Shown here: positions 1 through 11,719 of the stretch, one piece after another | How the letters are laid out: every line of letters begins with the position of its first letter | How positions within the stretch are numbered: position 1 is the first letter of the stretch | NCBI GenBank assembly: GCA_964016885.1 | Contig: OZ024740.1 | Coordinates: forward strand, 5,766,001 to 5,830,000 | Source of the DNA: Eledone cirrhosa | Lineage: Eukaryota | Length of the DNA: 64,000 nt | Direction of reading: 5' to 3' | Notes under the pieces: model-generated | Database searches by the model: none | Told to the model about the DNA's origin: nothing | What the model saw: only the letters and a program-made list of their open reading frames with translations | Program-made: the position numbers and the translations under genes

Positions 1-1940
1 AGATATGAAGATAGGGAAGGCAACCGGTCCATCGGGTATAGCTGCCGAGATGCTGAAGAAGGCATCTGGGTCTGTAGGTCACACTATAATCACACGCATT
101 GTTAACCAGGTAATACTAGAAGGTGTCATACCAAAAGATTGGTGCAGTAGCATCATTGTCAACTGCTACAAAGGTAAAGGTGATGCACTAGATAGAGGAA
201 ACTATAGAGGTATAAAGCTGATGGACCAGGTCATGAAAGTAACAGAAAGAGTTATAGCACAGTTGATTAGGGACCGGGTGAAAATGGATGAGATGAAATT
301 TGGGTTTGTACCAGGAAGAAACACCACTGATGCCCTCTTCCTTGTGAGGCAGTTACAGTAAAAGTACCTAGCTAAAAGTAAGCCACTCTACCTGGCATTC
401 GTCGATCTCGAGAAAGCCTTTGACAGAGTTCCACGTGCATTAATCTGGTGGGCTCTTAGAAAACTAGGAGTAGATGAATGGCTTGTGAAAGCTGTACAAG
501 CCATGTATAGGGGAGCAGTCAGCAAAGTTAGGATTAGCAATGAGTATAGCGAGGAATTTAGCATAGAGGTTGGTGTCCACCAGGGCTCTGTTCTTAGCCC
601 TCACCTGTTCATCATAGTCCTGCAGGCAATAACGGAGGAGTTTAAGACAGGATGCCCATGGGAACTCCCATATGCTGATGACCTCACACTTATAGCTGAA
701 TCTATGGTAGAACTAGAGAATAAATTCCAAACTTGGAAGCAGGGACTAGAAAGAAAGGGTCTCAAAGTCAACATGATAAAGACTAAGGTCCTTGTAAGTA
801 GACGAGAAGACAGAACCCAGATCCCCTCAGGGAAATGGCCTTGCTCAGTATGTAGGAAAGGTGTAGGTAGGAACTCTATTCTTTGCTCCAAATGCAAACA
901 ATGGGTACACAAAAGATGTAGCGGGATCTCAGGAAGCTTAATTAAGAATGTAGGATTCACATGCAGCAGCTGTGCTGAGACAGCAAGCAGCAAACAGCCA
1001 CAGGAAACAAGTACCACCAATCTCTGGGAGGGCCCTGTAGAAACAGTTGACAGCTTCGGCTACCTAGGTGACCGAATTAGCGACGGAGATGGGTGTTCAG
1101 AAAGTACAATAACTAGGGTAAGAACGGGATGGAAGAAGTTTAGGGAACTACTACCACTGCTAGCTGCAAAAGGCTTCTCCCTCAGAATGAAAGGCAGACT
1201 GTATGATGCGTGTATCCGAACAGAGATGTTGAATGGTAGTGAGACCTGGGCGCTGAAGGTGGAAGACTTACGCAGATTAGAAAGAAACGAAGCCTGCATG
1301 CTCCGATGGATGTGTAATAGTAATATATGCGAACGACAAAGCATAAATGAATTGAGAGAGAGACTGAGCATAAGAGGAATCAAATGCTGTGTGCAGGAGA
1401 GGCGGTTGCGTTGGTATGGACATGTGATGCATGTGAAGGATGACAGCTGCATAAAAAGGTGCAGAGCACTAGAAGTCAATGGAAACCGCGGAGTGGGGAG
1501 ACCCAAGAAGACCTGGGATGAGGTGATAAAAGCCGACCTTACCCAATTGCACCTCTCAAGGGCGATAACACACAACCGTGACCTCTGGCGCCACACGGTA
1601 ATACAGAAGACCCGACTTCCCATGGGTACCAGCCGAAGCTGAAGCATATAGACAATATGCCCCCACACCCTCTCACTGCAAGGTGGTCGTGGAGGTGCCA
1701 CGGCAAAAAGCACCCAGCCCAAACTGTAAAGTGGACGTGTAGGCGCCACGGAAAAAGCACTCAGCACTCACTGTAAATGAGGTTGGTGTTAGGAAGGGCA
1801 TCCAGCTGTAGAAATCAAGCCAAAATCAGTTCCTGTATGAGGAAGGCATGATCAGCCGACCAGACACTGCCCACAACAGGACAACCCGTCTAACCCATGC
1901 TAGCATGGAAGAACGGACGTAAAACGGTGATGATGATGAT
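1..1940 (+). mobile_element. RTE-clade LINE, 3' part (RT with PHD-like insertion, 3' UTR, (GAT)n tail); pseudogenised
   Basis: ORFs 5-361 and 485-1642 carry RT motifs NYRGIKL, KFGF, DLEKAFDRV (read through the stop), GVHQGSVLSP, YADD, YLG and the RTE C-terminal RLRWYGHV...GRPKKTW. Premature TAA at 359-361. The 3' UTR has GGAAGGGCATCCAGCTGTAGAAA and ends GATGATGAT before (TA)n. Confidence 0.93.
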
Positions 1941-1944
1941 ATAC

Positions 1945-2005
<61 letters not shown>

Positions 2006-2326
2006 TTATATATATATACACACTCATATATGTACATACATTCATACATATATGTATGCAAGTGTATATATATATATATATACATATATGTCTATATGTA
2101 TATATGTGTGTATATATCGCAATTTCCCCAGGTATAGTTGAAAATATCAGCTTAACATGATTAATGTGAGTTAATAATTCAATTTATCCACACACCATTG
2201 ACTGTTTTACTGTTTCTAAACAGTTTTGGGTCCTTTAAACATTCCTTTTGATCTATTTCAGAACTTTCCAATATTTTGCAAATCATGTAGAAAATATTTT
2301 AAATATTTTTACTTGAATTATTTATG

Positions 2327-2396
<70 letters not shown>

Positions 2397-2491
2397 CATA
2401 TATATATATGTGTGTGTGTGTGTATACATATATATATATGTATATGTATGCTTATATATATATGTATTTATATATGTATATATATATGTAA

Positions 2492-2527
<36 letters not shown>

Positions 2528-2558
2528 GTATATGTGTGCTTATATATATATTCATATG

Positions 2559-2616
<58 letters not shown>
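1941..2616. repeat. (TA)n/(CA)n microsatellite-rich tract
   Basis: Long TA and CA dinucleotide runs are directly visible. Confidence 0.9.
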
Positions 2617-2799
2617 CATCATCATCAACCTCATCATAATTCAACATGTAGTTTTCCATGCTTGCATAGGTTAGACAGATTGCCACATTATGAGAAAAGT
2701 CTGGTCAGGTGATCACGTTATGCTCATACAGATTTGTATCACACACACACACACACACACGGACACATACACATATATATATATAGAATCTGCTGTATA

Positions 2800-3150
2800 C
2801 ATATCACTTTCAACGCTTGACTGCTCCACTCACTCCCCTATTGTTCTACAGGCAAGTTCAGCCACCCCCACCTCCCACCAAATGCCATGATGGACTTATT
2901 TGTGTTTACAACAAATTTTAACTAATTCTCTGGACAACTACAATCTTCCCATATAAGGAAGTACTCCCTTGAAAAGTTCAGCTATTTATTCACCAGGCTA
3001 AATATTCTAGTTTAGTCCAGAAATAGCCATTGAAACGGCTTGAGCTCTGCCGTCGGGGTCATACATTTTCCTATTTCCCACTCTACTACCCTAAGTATTG
3101 AGTACTCTGGTGCGTTATGGTCCATTTGGTTCCTTACCACAATTCCTTTG

Positions 3151-3152
<2 letters not shown>
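2800..3152 (+). mobile_element. Short non-coding hammerhead-bearing unit (family A; Penelope pLTR-like) inserted in (TA)n
   Basis: Homologous to 6160-6670, 39420-39690 and 42630-42842, and flanked by TA/CA runs. Confidence 0.65.
2964..3059 (+). ncRNA. Type I hammerhead ribozyme, family A (slightly degenerate)
   Basis: CTCCC-TTGAAAA-GTTCAGCTA...TAGCCATT-GAAACGGC(TTGAGCTCT)GCCGTC-GGGGT. U3-A8 core, GUC cleavage after 3054. Confidence 0.7.
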
Positions 3153-3228
<76 letters not shown>

Positions 3229-3229
<1 letters not shown>

Positions 3230-3711
3230 ATCATCATCATCATCACCGTTTTACGTCTATTCTTTCAAGCTAGCATGGGTTAGACGGGTTGTGGGCAGTG
3301 TCCGGTAGGCTGACAATGTCTTGCTCATACAGGAACTGATTCTGGCTAGATTTCTACAGCTGGATGGCCTTCCTAACACCAACCTCATTTACAGTGTGGG
3401 CTGGGTGCTTTTTTGCTGTGGCACCTCCACAACCACTTTGCAGTGGGAGGGTGTGGGGGCATATTGTCTATATGCTTCAGCTTCGGCTTGTACCCGTGGG
3501 GGGGGGGGGGGGGTCGGGTCTTCTGTATTACTGCGTGACGCTAGAAGTCACAGTCGTGTGTCATCGCCTTTGAGAGGTGTAATTGGGTAAGGTTGGATTT
3601 TATCACCTCATCCCAGGTCTTCTTGGGTCTCCCCACTCCGCGGCTTCTATCAACTTCTAGTGCTCTGCTCCTTTTTATGCAGCTGAGCTGTCATCCTTCA
3701 TATGCATCACA

Positions 3712-3715
<4 letters not shown>
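3229..3715 (-). mobile_element. RTE LINE 3' fragment
   Basis: Reverse complement of the 3' end of the 1-1940 copy; (CAT)n tail at about 3229-3245. Confidence 0.9.
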
Positions 3716-3751
<36 letters not shown>

Positions 3752-3768
3752 ATGTCATATATATATAT

Positions 3769-5510
3769 CAGGAAACTATAGAGGGTTAAAGTTGATGGAC
3801 CAGGTCATGAAAGTAACAGAAAGAGTTATAGCACAGCTGATTAGGGACTGGGTGAAAATAGACGAGATGCAATTTGGGTTTGTACCAGGAAGAGGCACCA
3901 CTGGTGCCCTCTTCCTTGTGAGGCAATTACAGGAAAAGTACCTAGCTAAAAGTAAGCCACTCTACTTGGCATTTGTCGACCTTGAGAAAGCCTTTGACAG
4001 AGTTCCACGTGTTGTAATCTGGTGGGCTCTTAGAAAACTAGGAGTAGATGAATGGCTTGTGAAAGCGGTACAAGCCATGTATAGGGGAGCAGTCAGCAAA
4101 GTTAGGATTAGCAATGAGTATAGCGAGGAATTTAGCGTACAGGTTGGGGTCCACCAGGGCTCTGTTCTTAGCCCTCTCCTATTCATCATAGTCCTGCAGG
4201 CAATAACGGAGGAGTTTAAGACCGGATGCCCATGGGAACTCCTGTATGCTGATGACCTCGCACTCATAGCTGAATCTATGGTAGAACTAGAGAATAAATT
4301 CCAAACTTGGAAGCAGGGACTAGAAAGAAAGGGTCTCAAAGTCAACATGACAAAGACTAAGGTCCTTGTAAGTAGACGAGAAAACAGAACTCAGATCCCC
4401 TCAGGGAAATGGCCTTGCTCAATATGTAGGAAAGGTGTAGGTAGGAACTCCATTCTCTGCCCCAAATGCAAACAATGGGTACACAAGAGATGTAGCGGGA
4501 TCTCAGGAAGCTTAATTAAGAATGTAGGATTCACATGCAGCAGCTGTGCTGAGACAGCAAGCAGCAAACAGCCACAGGAAACAAGTACCACCAAACTCTG
4601 GGAGGGCCCTGTAGAAACAGTAGACAGCTTCGGCTACCTAGGTGACCGAATTAGCAACGGAGGTGGGTGTTCAGAAAGTACAATAACTAGGGTAAGAACG
4701 GGATGGAAGAAGTTTAGGGAACTACTACCACTGCTAGCTGCAAAAGGCTTCTCCCTCAGAATGAAAGGCAGACTGTATGATGCGTGTATCTGAACAGCGA
4801 TGTTGCATGGTAGTAAGACATGGGCGCTGAAGGTGGAAGACTTACGTAGATTAGAGAGAAACGAAGCCTGCATGCTCCGATGAATGTGTAACAGTAATAT
4901 ACGTGAACGACAAAGCATAAATGAATTGAGAGAGAGACTGAGCATAAGAGGAATCAAATGCTGTGTGCAGGAGAGGCGGTTGTGCTGGTATGGACACGTG
5001 ATGCGTATGAAGGATGACAGCTGCATAAAAAGGTGCAGAGCACTAGAAGTTGATGGAAACCGCGGAGTGGGGAGACCCAAGATGACCTGGGATGAGGTGA
5101 TAAAAGCCGACCTTACCCAATTACACCTCTCAAAGACAATGACACACGACCGTGACTTCTGGCGTCACGCAGTAGTACAGAGTACCCGACCTCCCATGGG
5201 TACAAGCTGAAGCATATAGACAATATGCCCCCACACCCTCTCACTGCAAGGTGGTCGTAGAGGTGCCACGGCAAAAAAATCACCCAGCCCACACTGTAAA
5301 GTGGACGTGTAGGCGCCACGAAAAAGCACCCAGCACTCACTGTAAATGAGGTTGGTGTTAGGAAGGGCATCCAGCTGTAGAAATCAAGCCAGATCAGTTC
5401 CTGTATGAGCAAGGCATGGTCAGCCGACCAGACACTGCCCACAACAGGACAACCCGTCTAACCCATGCTAGCGTGGAAGAACGGACGTAAAACGGTGATG
5501 ATGATGATGA
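3769..5510 (+). mobile_element. RTE-clade LINE, 5'-truncated, with PHD-like insertion in RT
   Basis: ORF 3702-4793 has NYRGLKL, QFGF, DLEKAFDRV, QGSVLSP, LLYADD and CSIC...CPKC...HKRC...CSSC. Stops at about 4791 and 4880. (GAT)n tail at about 5497-5510. Confidence 0.94.
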
Positions 5511-5769
5511 TCAAATACATATATATATATATATATATATATCACATGTCCATATATATATTATTTTTATTTTTATCCTTTACGCTCTTTCCTTCATTCC
5601 TCTACACGTCTTATACACGCCACACATCTCAACGTACACCCACTTACATCTCTCTCTCCACCACCGGATCTTGTTACCCGGAGATTTACCCATCTGCATT
5701 GTCGAGGCTTCCAAACGACTTAAAGAAATTTACCTTATTATTCCACAATGCTTCAAGCAAACTTCAATA

Positions 5770-5838
<69 letters not shown>

Positions 5839-5879
5839 GGTAATGAGGAATCAGTAATGCATCAAACCACAATTTATTA

Positions 5880-5971
5880 ACATCTTACATATGGTTCTCC
5901 GTCGATCAGCTCAAGGCAGGATCTGTTATAGATCAAACCCGACGCTGCATTTGAAGGTTCTTCAGATATGT
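5880..5971 (-). ncRNA. Hammerhead ribozyme motif, family B (degenerate GAACC)
   Basis: Minus strand: ACATAT-CTGAAGA-long stem II-GAACC-ATAT-GTA-AGATGT followed by AATAAA. Homologous to 30478-30572 and 38318-38410. Confidence 0.5.
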
Positions 5972-5994
5972 CTTGTGTGTTCAAACATCTCAAC

Positions 5995-6152
5995 TGGACA
6001 CACTGGAAGAGGAAGACCAAGGTTAACGTATGTTGATGCCCTAAGGACAGGCACTGGTCTGTTGGAGATGCAGGACATGGCAGCGATAATGAGGGACAGA
6101 GACCGCTGGAGAGAACTTGTCCATGGATCTCGGGGAATTTTACCTGCCCTAG
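5995..6152 (+). mobile_element. 3' fragment of a second RTE-type LINE family
   Basis: Encodes GHTGRGRPRLTYVDALRTGTGL...MRDRDRWRELV; same family as 42108-42560. Confidence 0.75.
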
Positions 6153-6255
6153 ATAGATATAACGAAGGAAGTGTGGTAAGGAACCAGGTGGACCATAATG
6201 CACCAGAGTACTCGATACTTTGGGTAGTAGAGTGGGTAATAGGAAAAGGTTCAGG

Positions 6256-6350
6256 ACCCCGACGGCAGAGCTCAAGCCGTTTCGACAGCTATTTCTGGAA
6301 TAAATTAAATTTTTAGCGTGAAAATGATCTAGCCGAACTCTTCAAGGGGT
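6256..6350 (-). ncRNA. Type I hammerhead ribozyme, family A
   Basis: Minus strand: ACCCC-TTGAAGA-GTTCGGCTA...TAGCTGTC-GAAACGGC(TTGAGCTCT)GCCGTC-GGGGT. Confidence 0.75.
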
Positions 6351-6559
6351 AATTCCATATATGGGCATGTGATAATCAGGCATTTCTGAAGGTTGTGGGT
6401 GAAGCCATTCCCTCATTGTTCTACAGGCAAGTTCAGCCACCCCACCCCCTACCCACCGCCATGAAAGATTTAACTGTGTTTACAAGAAACTTTGTCCAAT
6501 CCTTTTGATAACTACAACCTTCAGAAATGCCTGATTATCACATGCCCATATATGGAATT

Positions 6560-6654
6560 ACCCCTTGAAGAGTTCGGCTAGATCATTACCATGCTAAAAA
6601 TTTAATTTAGTCCAGAAATAGCCGTCGAATCGGCTTGAGCTCTGCCATCGGGGT
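6560..6654 (+). ncRNA. Hammerhead ribozyme family A, probably inactivated copy (GAAT)
   Basis: ACCCC-TTGAAGA-GTTCGGCTA...TAGCCGTC-GAATCGGC...GCCATC-GGGGT. Lies in the right arm of the ~157-bp inverted repeat 6240-6396/6514-6670. Confidence 0.6.
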
Positions 6655-6668
6655 CCTGAACCTTTTCC

Positions 6669-6700
<32 letters not shown>

Positions 6701-6701
6701 G

Positions 6702-7868
6702 TATACCCTTTTACTCTTTTACCTGTTCCAGCAATCCAGCTGAGGCCATGCTGGGGTACCGCCCTTGTTGCTACACATTCTATCACCAGCCTGTGTTGGC
6801 TGGCCATTGGTGTAAGAGGGAATTTGTTGCTGCTGCCCTTAGGTTACATTCGTACTGTGCTGTGGGCTCATCTGAGATGTTTCTGGAAAACATCCATGTC
6901 TACACCATGCAGATCTCTCAAATTCCTTGGCAGCTTGTTGAAGAGTTGAGGGCCTTTGAACCACAAGCTATTGCAATATCTGCTCCTTATTCTAGATGTG
7001 GAAGACAGGACTTTTGGGACCACACAGTGACGTCCTATTCGGTGGTTGGTTCAGCTCTCAATGCCAAAGTTTGGTGCTAGCCCTTCCTGCATTTTCCATA
7101 TGTATATCACTGCGTATCTCTCGCATCTTCCTTCCAAGGAATAGAGGCTCAGTTCTTTTAGTTTCTTCCAGTAGCTTATCTCCTTCATCGTCGTAATCCT
7201 CTTGGTGTAGCTTCATTGGATTGCCTCAAGCTCCATGGTTAGTTTGATACTATGGGGTGACCACAGCTGGGAACAATAGTCCAGGTGACTTAGGACAAAT
7301 GTCCTCCGTAGTATCAACATGGTCTCTTGGTTTCTTGTCTGGAGAGTCCTCAAGATCCAGCCAGCGAGTCATCTGCGCATTGTCGCCACCCTCATGGTGT
7401 GTGAGGAAAAAGATACATCGGTGTTTGTGTCTATTCTCAAGTCTTGTATTGATTTTGACATGGGAATTCGATCCCACTTGGTCTGGTGTAGCTGTGTTGT
7501 ATTGTATTTGTGTTTGCAGGTTGGTATTGTAGGGCTTGACATTTTCCTGCATTAAAGTACATGTTGTATTCATCCCATTTGTATATGGCATCCAGATCTT
7601 GTTGTAAAAAGGCAGCATCAGCCGGGTTTATGATTGCCTGTGCTACCCTAGTGTCATCAGAATAGCTAGTAATGGATGTTGTATGTACCACTAACTTGTG
7701 AAAGTTAAGGCTGGATAAGTTCCCGGTGCTTCTTAATGGTTGTCTCTTTTGACTCTCTCAGACCACATATGATTGGTTCTACTAAGTTATGATGTGAGAA
7801 AGTCGTTAGTGTCACCTTTACATTGTGGATGAGCACTGCAATGTTTGTAAAGCAGAGATCCAGGACTT
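6702..7868 (-). mobile_element. CR1/L2-type LINE, internally deleted fragments
   Basis: Minus-strand peptides ITSYSDDT...LQQDLDAIYKW...NMYFNAGKCQ (RT) and LDLCFTN (endonuclease end). The 3' tail ...GCTGGAACAGGTAAAAGAGTA also occurs at 27668-27722. Confidence 0.7.
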
Positions 7869-7890
7869 ATTATATATAATATATATATAT

Positions 7891-8720
7891 CATCATCATC
7901 ATCGTTTAATGTCTATCTTCCATGCTAGCATGGGTTTAGACGGGAATTGTCACACTTGAGGCAAGATTGGTTGTCTCGCTCGTATAGGACTGTCTGGCAG
8001 GTTTTCTATGGCTGGATGCCCTTCCTAACACCAACCACGTTTACAGTGTGGACTGGGAGGTTTTTACCATGTTACCTACACGGCCACATTACAGCGTGGA
8101 CTGTGTGTTTTTTGTTGTGACACCTACACAACCTCATTTATTTAGGACTGGATGTTATGGTACCAACATAGCTTTACAGAGAAAGGGGTGGTGTAGATGG
8201 GGTGGGAGTAGGGGTAGTGGGATGGGGGTGTATATTTGATTAAGAGGTGCCTTAATTCTAACCTTGCTGACTGTTTCTCTATACATGGCTTGTATAGCAC
8301 TCACAACCCATTCATCAACCCTTAGTTTTCTAAGGGCCCACCAGATAATGGCGTGGGAGACTCTGCAAATGCTTTCTCAAAGTCAACAAAAGCTAAGTAT
8401 AGGGGTTTACTTTTAGCTAGGAACTTCTCCTGTAGTTGTTGTACAAGGAAAAGGGCGTCTGTAGTACTTTTACCTGGCACAAACCCAAACTGCATTTCAT
8501 CTAGATCAATTTGCTCTCTGATTAGTTGTGCTATAACATTTTCTGTGACCTTCATAACCTGGTCAATTAATTTAATGCCTCTACAGTTTCCCCTATCTAG
8601 AGCATCTCCTTTACCCTTGTAACAGTTGTACCTTGTAGCAGTTAATGATGATGCTGCTACATCAGTCATTTGGTGTGACCCTGTTCTTTATGACTTGGTT
8701 TACTATCCGGGTGACCATAT
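7891..8720 (-). mobile_element. RTE LINE, internally deleted
   Basis: (CAT)n tail at 7891, RTE 3' UTR, and ORF 8322-8669 NCYKGKGDALDRGN...QFGF...DFEKAF. Confidence 0.85.
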
Positions 8721-8779
8721 ATAATATATAATATATATAACATATATATTATATATATGTAATATATATACACAGGACT

Positions 8780-9815
8780 GAGACCTCTGGCATTACGCAG
8801 TAATACAGAAGACCCGAGTTTCCATGGGTACAAGCCGAAGCTGAAGCACATAGACAATGAGCCCCATGTCCCTCCCGCTGTAAAGTGGTCGTATAGGTGT
8901 CACAACAAAAAGCACCCAGTCCACACTGTAAAGTGGACATGTAGGCGCCTCGGTAAAAAAGCACCCAGTATTCACTGAAAATAAGGTTGGTGTTAGGAAG
9001 GGCATCCAGTTGTAGAAACCGAGCCAAAATCAGTCCTGTATGTGTTTTTTGTTGTGACACTTGCACAACCTCTTTAGTGTGGACTGGATGTTCTGTGGTA
9101 CCAACATAACTTTACAGAGAAAGGGTGGTGTTGATGGGTGTGGGAAGATGGAGTAGGGTGTCTGGGTTGGGGTGCATATTGGATTTAGAGGTATCTACTG
9201 ACTGTAGGTTAACTTTGTATGTAAGGGAAGACGGGTCTTCTGTATTACTGCATAGGTCTCGATCCAGTGACATTGTCTTAGAGAGGTGCAAGTGAGCAAG
9301 GTCAGATTTTATCATGTCGTCCCAGATTTTTCTGGGTCTACCTACTCCGTAACTGCCATCAATTTTGATCGCCTTGCACTTTTTTACACAGCTGTTGTCT
9401 TTCATGCACATCACATACCAATGTAGTCTCCTCTCAAGTAAACACCATCTGATCCCTCTTATTCCGAATTTCTCATTTAGTTTGTTTATGTTTTGCTGTT
9501 TGTGTATATTACTATCCAACGGAGTATGCATGTTTCATTCATTTCCAGTCTGCGCACGTCCTCTGCACGTAATGCCCATGTCTCACTGCCATGTAACATT
9601 GCTGTTCATATACAAGCATACAATGTGCCTTTCATTTTTAGAGAAAAACCCTTTGTGGCCAACAGCGGTATTAGCTCTCTGAACTTTTTCCATCCCGTAT
9701 TAACTATGGCTACTGTACTTTCACTACACCTTCCTCCATTGCTGATTTTGTCACCCTGGTAACAGAAAGTGTCCACTATTTCTACAGGACCATCTGGGCT
9801 GTTGAAACAAATCCC
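8780..9815 (-). mobile_element. RTE LINE fragments (mosaic of 3' UTR and RT C-terminus)
   Basis: ORFs 9112-9531 and 9606-9842 match the RTE C-terminus (GWKKFREL, ERRLHWY, GRPRKIW). Confidence 0.82.
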
Positions 9816-9820
9816 TTGCC

Positions 9821-11229
9821 GTGAATTACCGTTCAATCTCACTCACCTCTCATATCATTAAGTCATTTGAGAGAGTGGTGAGATCACGAATAACACACTT
9901 TCTTGAAAGCAACAATCTGTTGAACTCCAACCAACATGGGTTCTGTAATGGAAGGGATTGCCTAATGCAGGTACTGCATCAATTTGATGACATTTTGAGT
10001 GTTTTGGAAGAGGGCTCCAAAACTGATGTCATCTACTTTGATTTCAGCAAGGCCTTTGATAGGGTTAATCACAACATTCTACTGAGAAAACTATCCAAAA
10101 TTGGGGCCATTGGAAAGTTGCTACAATGGATCAAGTGTTTCCTGACAAACAGAGCCCAACATGCTGTAGTCGAAGGAGTAAAATCAAGCCCAGCCAAAGT
10201 CAGTAGTGGTGTCCCACAAGGCACTGTGTCGGGCCCACTTTCTTTATTAATAACGTTACTGACATCATCAAGCACATCAACATACGAATCTTCGCAGATG
10301 ATTCCCAATGGCATGGGTGACCGGACATGCCTCCAATCAGATCTATTGGCTATTATCCAATGGGCAGAAAAGAACAATATGCTGCTGAACGAGGATACAT
10401 TTGAGTTAATCCACTTTGGAAAAGAGGATGCATTGAAACTTCCATACACTCTTCCTTCAGGTGAAACTCTCATGGCATCCAACAACATCAGAGACTTGGG
10501 AATAATTGTGGACAACAGTATAAGCTGGGCGACTCATTAAACCACAAAGATGACATGGCCTACAGAATGTGTTCCTGGATTCTGAGAACCTTCCAGTCCA
10601 GATATATCTACACTATTATCCTTCTCTTCTCCACTTTTGCCTGACCACACCTTGAATACTGTTGTCCACTGTGATCTCCCAACACGAAACAGAGTATCAT
10701 GTAAATTGAAGCTCCCCAAAGGTCAATTACAAAAAAGATAGATGGCATGCAGGCCTTGACTATTGGGGTCAACTAGAAAAACTCAAACTCTATTCTCTCC
10801 AACGTCGCCGTGAGCGATACATTATCTGTATGATGTGGAAAATATTCCATCAGCATTGCCCAAATGATGTTGGCAGCACCTTTAATATACACCCAAGGCT
10901 GGGTCCCCGTCTTATCTACTCATTACAAAAATCTCACTCGCATCTAATAACAAAAATACGACAAAATTATTTCACCTCAATTGGCCCCGCTCTCTTTAAT
11001 ATTACACCAAAACATTAAAACAGAAACAGACCCCATAAAGTTCAAGAAGTCATTGGACAAATTCCTTCAAGAAATCCCAGATAAACCTCCTACACCCGGA
11101 TATGCCTCCATAAACTCTCTGCTTGAGTGGGCCATGGTGCCCAAACACTGATTTGTAAGACTTCACCAGGTGGGGCTATTAAGTTAGACATGGCCTGAGT
11201 CAATTCTGGCCAAAAGTTACCAAAGTTAT
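9821..11229 (+). mobile_element. CR1/L2-type LINE, 5'-truncated
   Basis: ORF 9821-10540 NYRSISLTS, QHGF, DFSKAFDRV, SGVPQGTV, RDLGI. The 3' end (AAAGTTA repeats) is shared with 63743-64000. Confidence 0.88.
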
Positions 11230-11719
11230 ATATATTGTGTTGGCAAGCGCTCCATGGACCAAAAGCGACCAGAGCAATACACATATGTTATAAAGGCCAT
11301 ACAAACTGAGACGGTGGTTAAGAAGCTATCAACCACCTAAACCCCCCAAAAAACAAAGCAAGCTAAACGGGTCAAACAAAATAAATGAAATATTTACCCG
11401 GACCCTTGGAAATGATGGTATAATCCAGTACAGGGTTTCTGCGACACCTAAATCAATAATACTGCCTGCTTAAAAAAAATAAACTTTTGGTATAATGATC
11501 GAACAAGGTTATCACTTTCTCACAGTGTGTTGAAAGCACATGTGTAGCTCTACAGGGGAGAAAACCCCAAATTTTTGCAAATGAATTCAGTATGTGTAAA
11601 TCAATGCAAAAATTGCAAAAACATCACAAATCGAATTAAGCTCTCGACCGGGTAGTTTTAAAAATAAACTTAAGCAATTAATCAGTCAATATATATATAT
11701 ATATATATATATATAATAA

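Noticed and set aside
1897-2712. YIYIYI / CVCVCV ORFs here and throughout the window
   Set aside because: Translations of (TA)n and (CA)n microsatellites.
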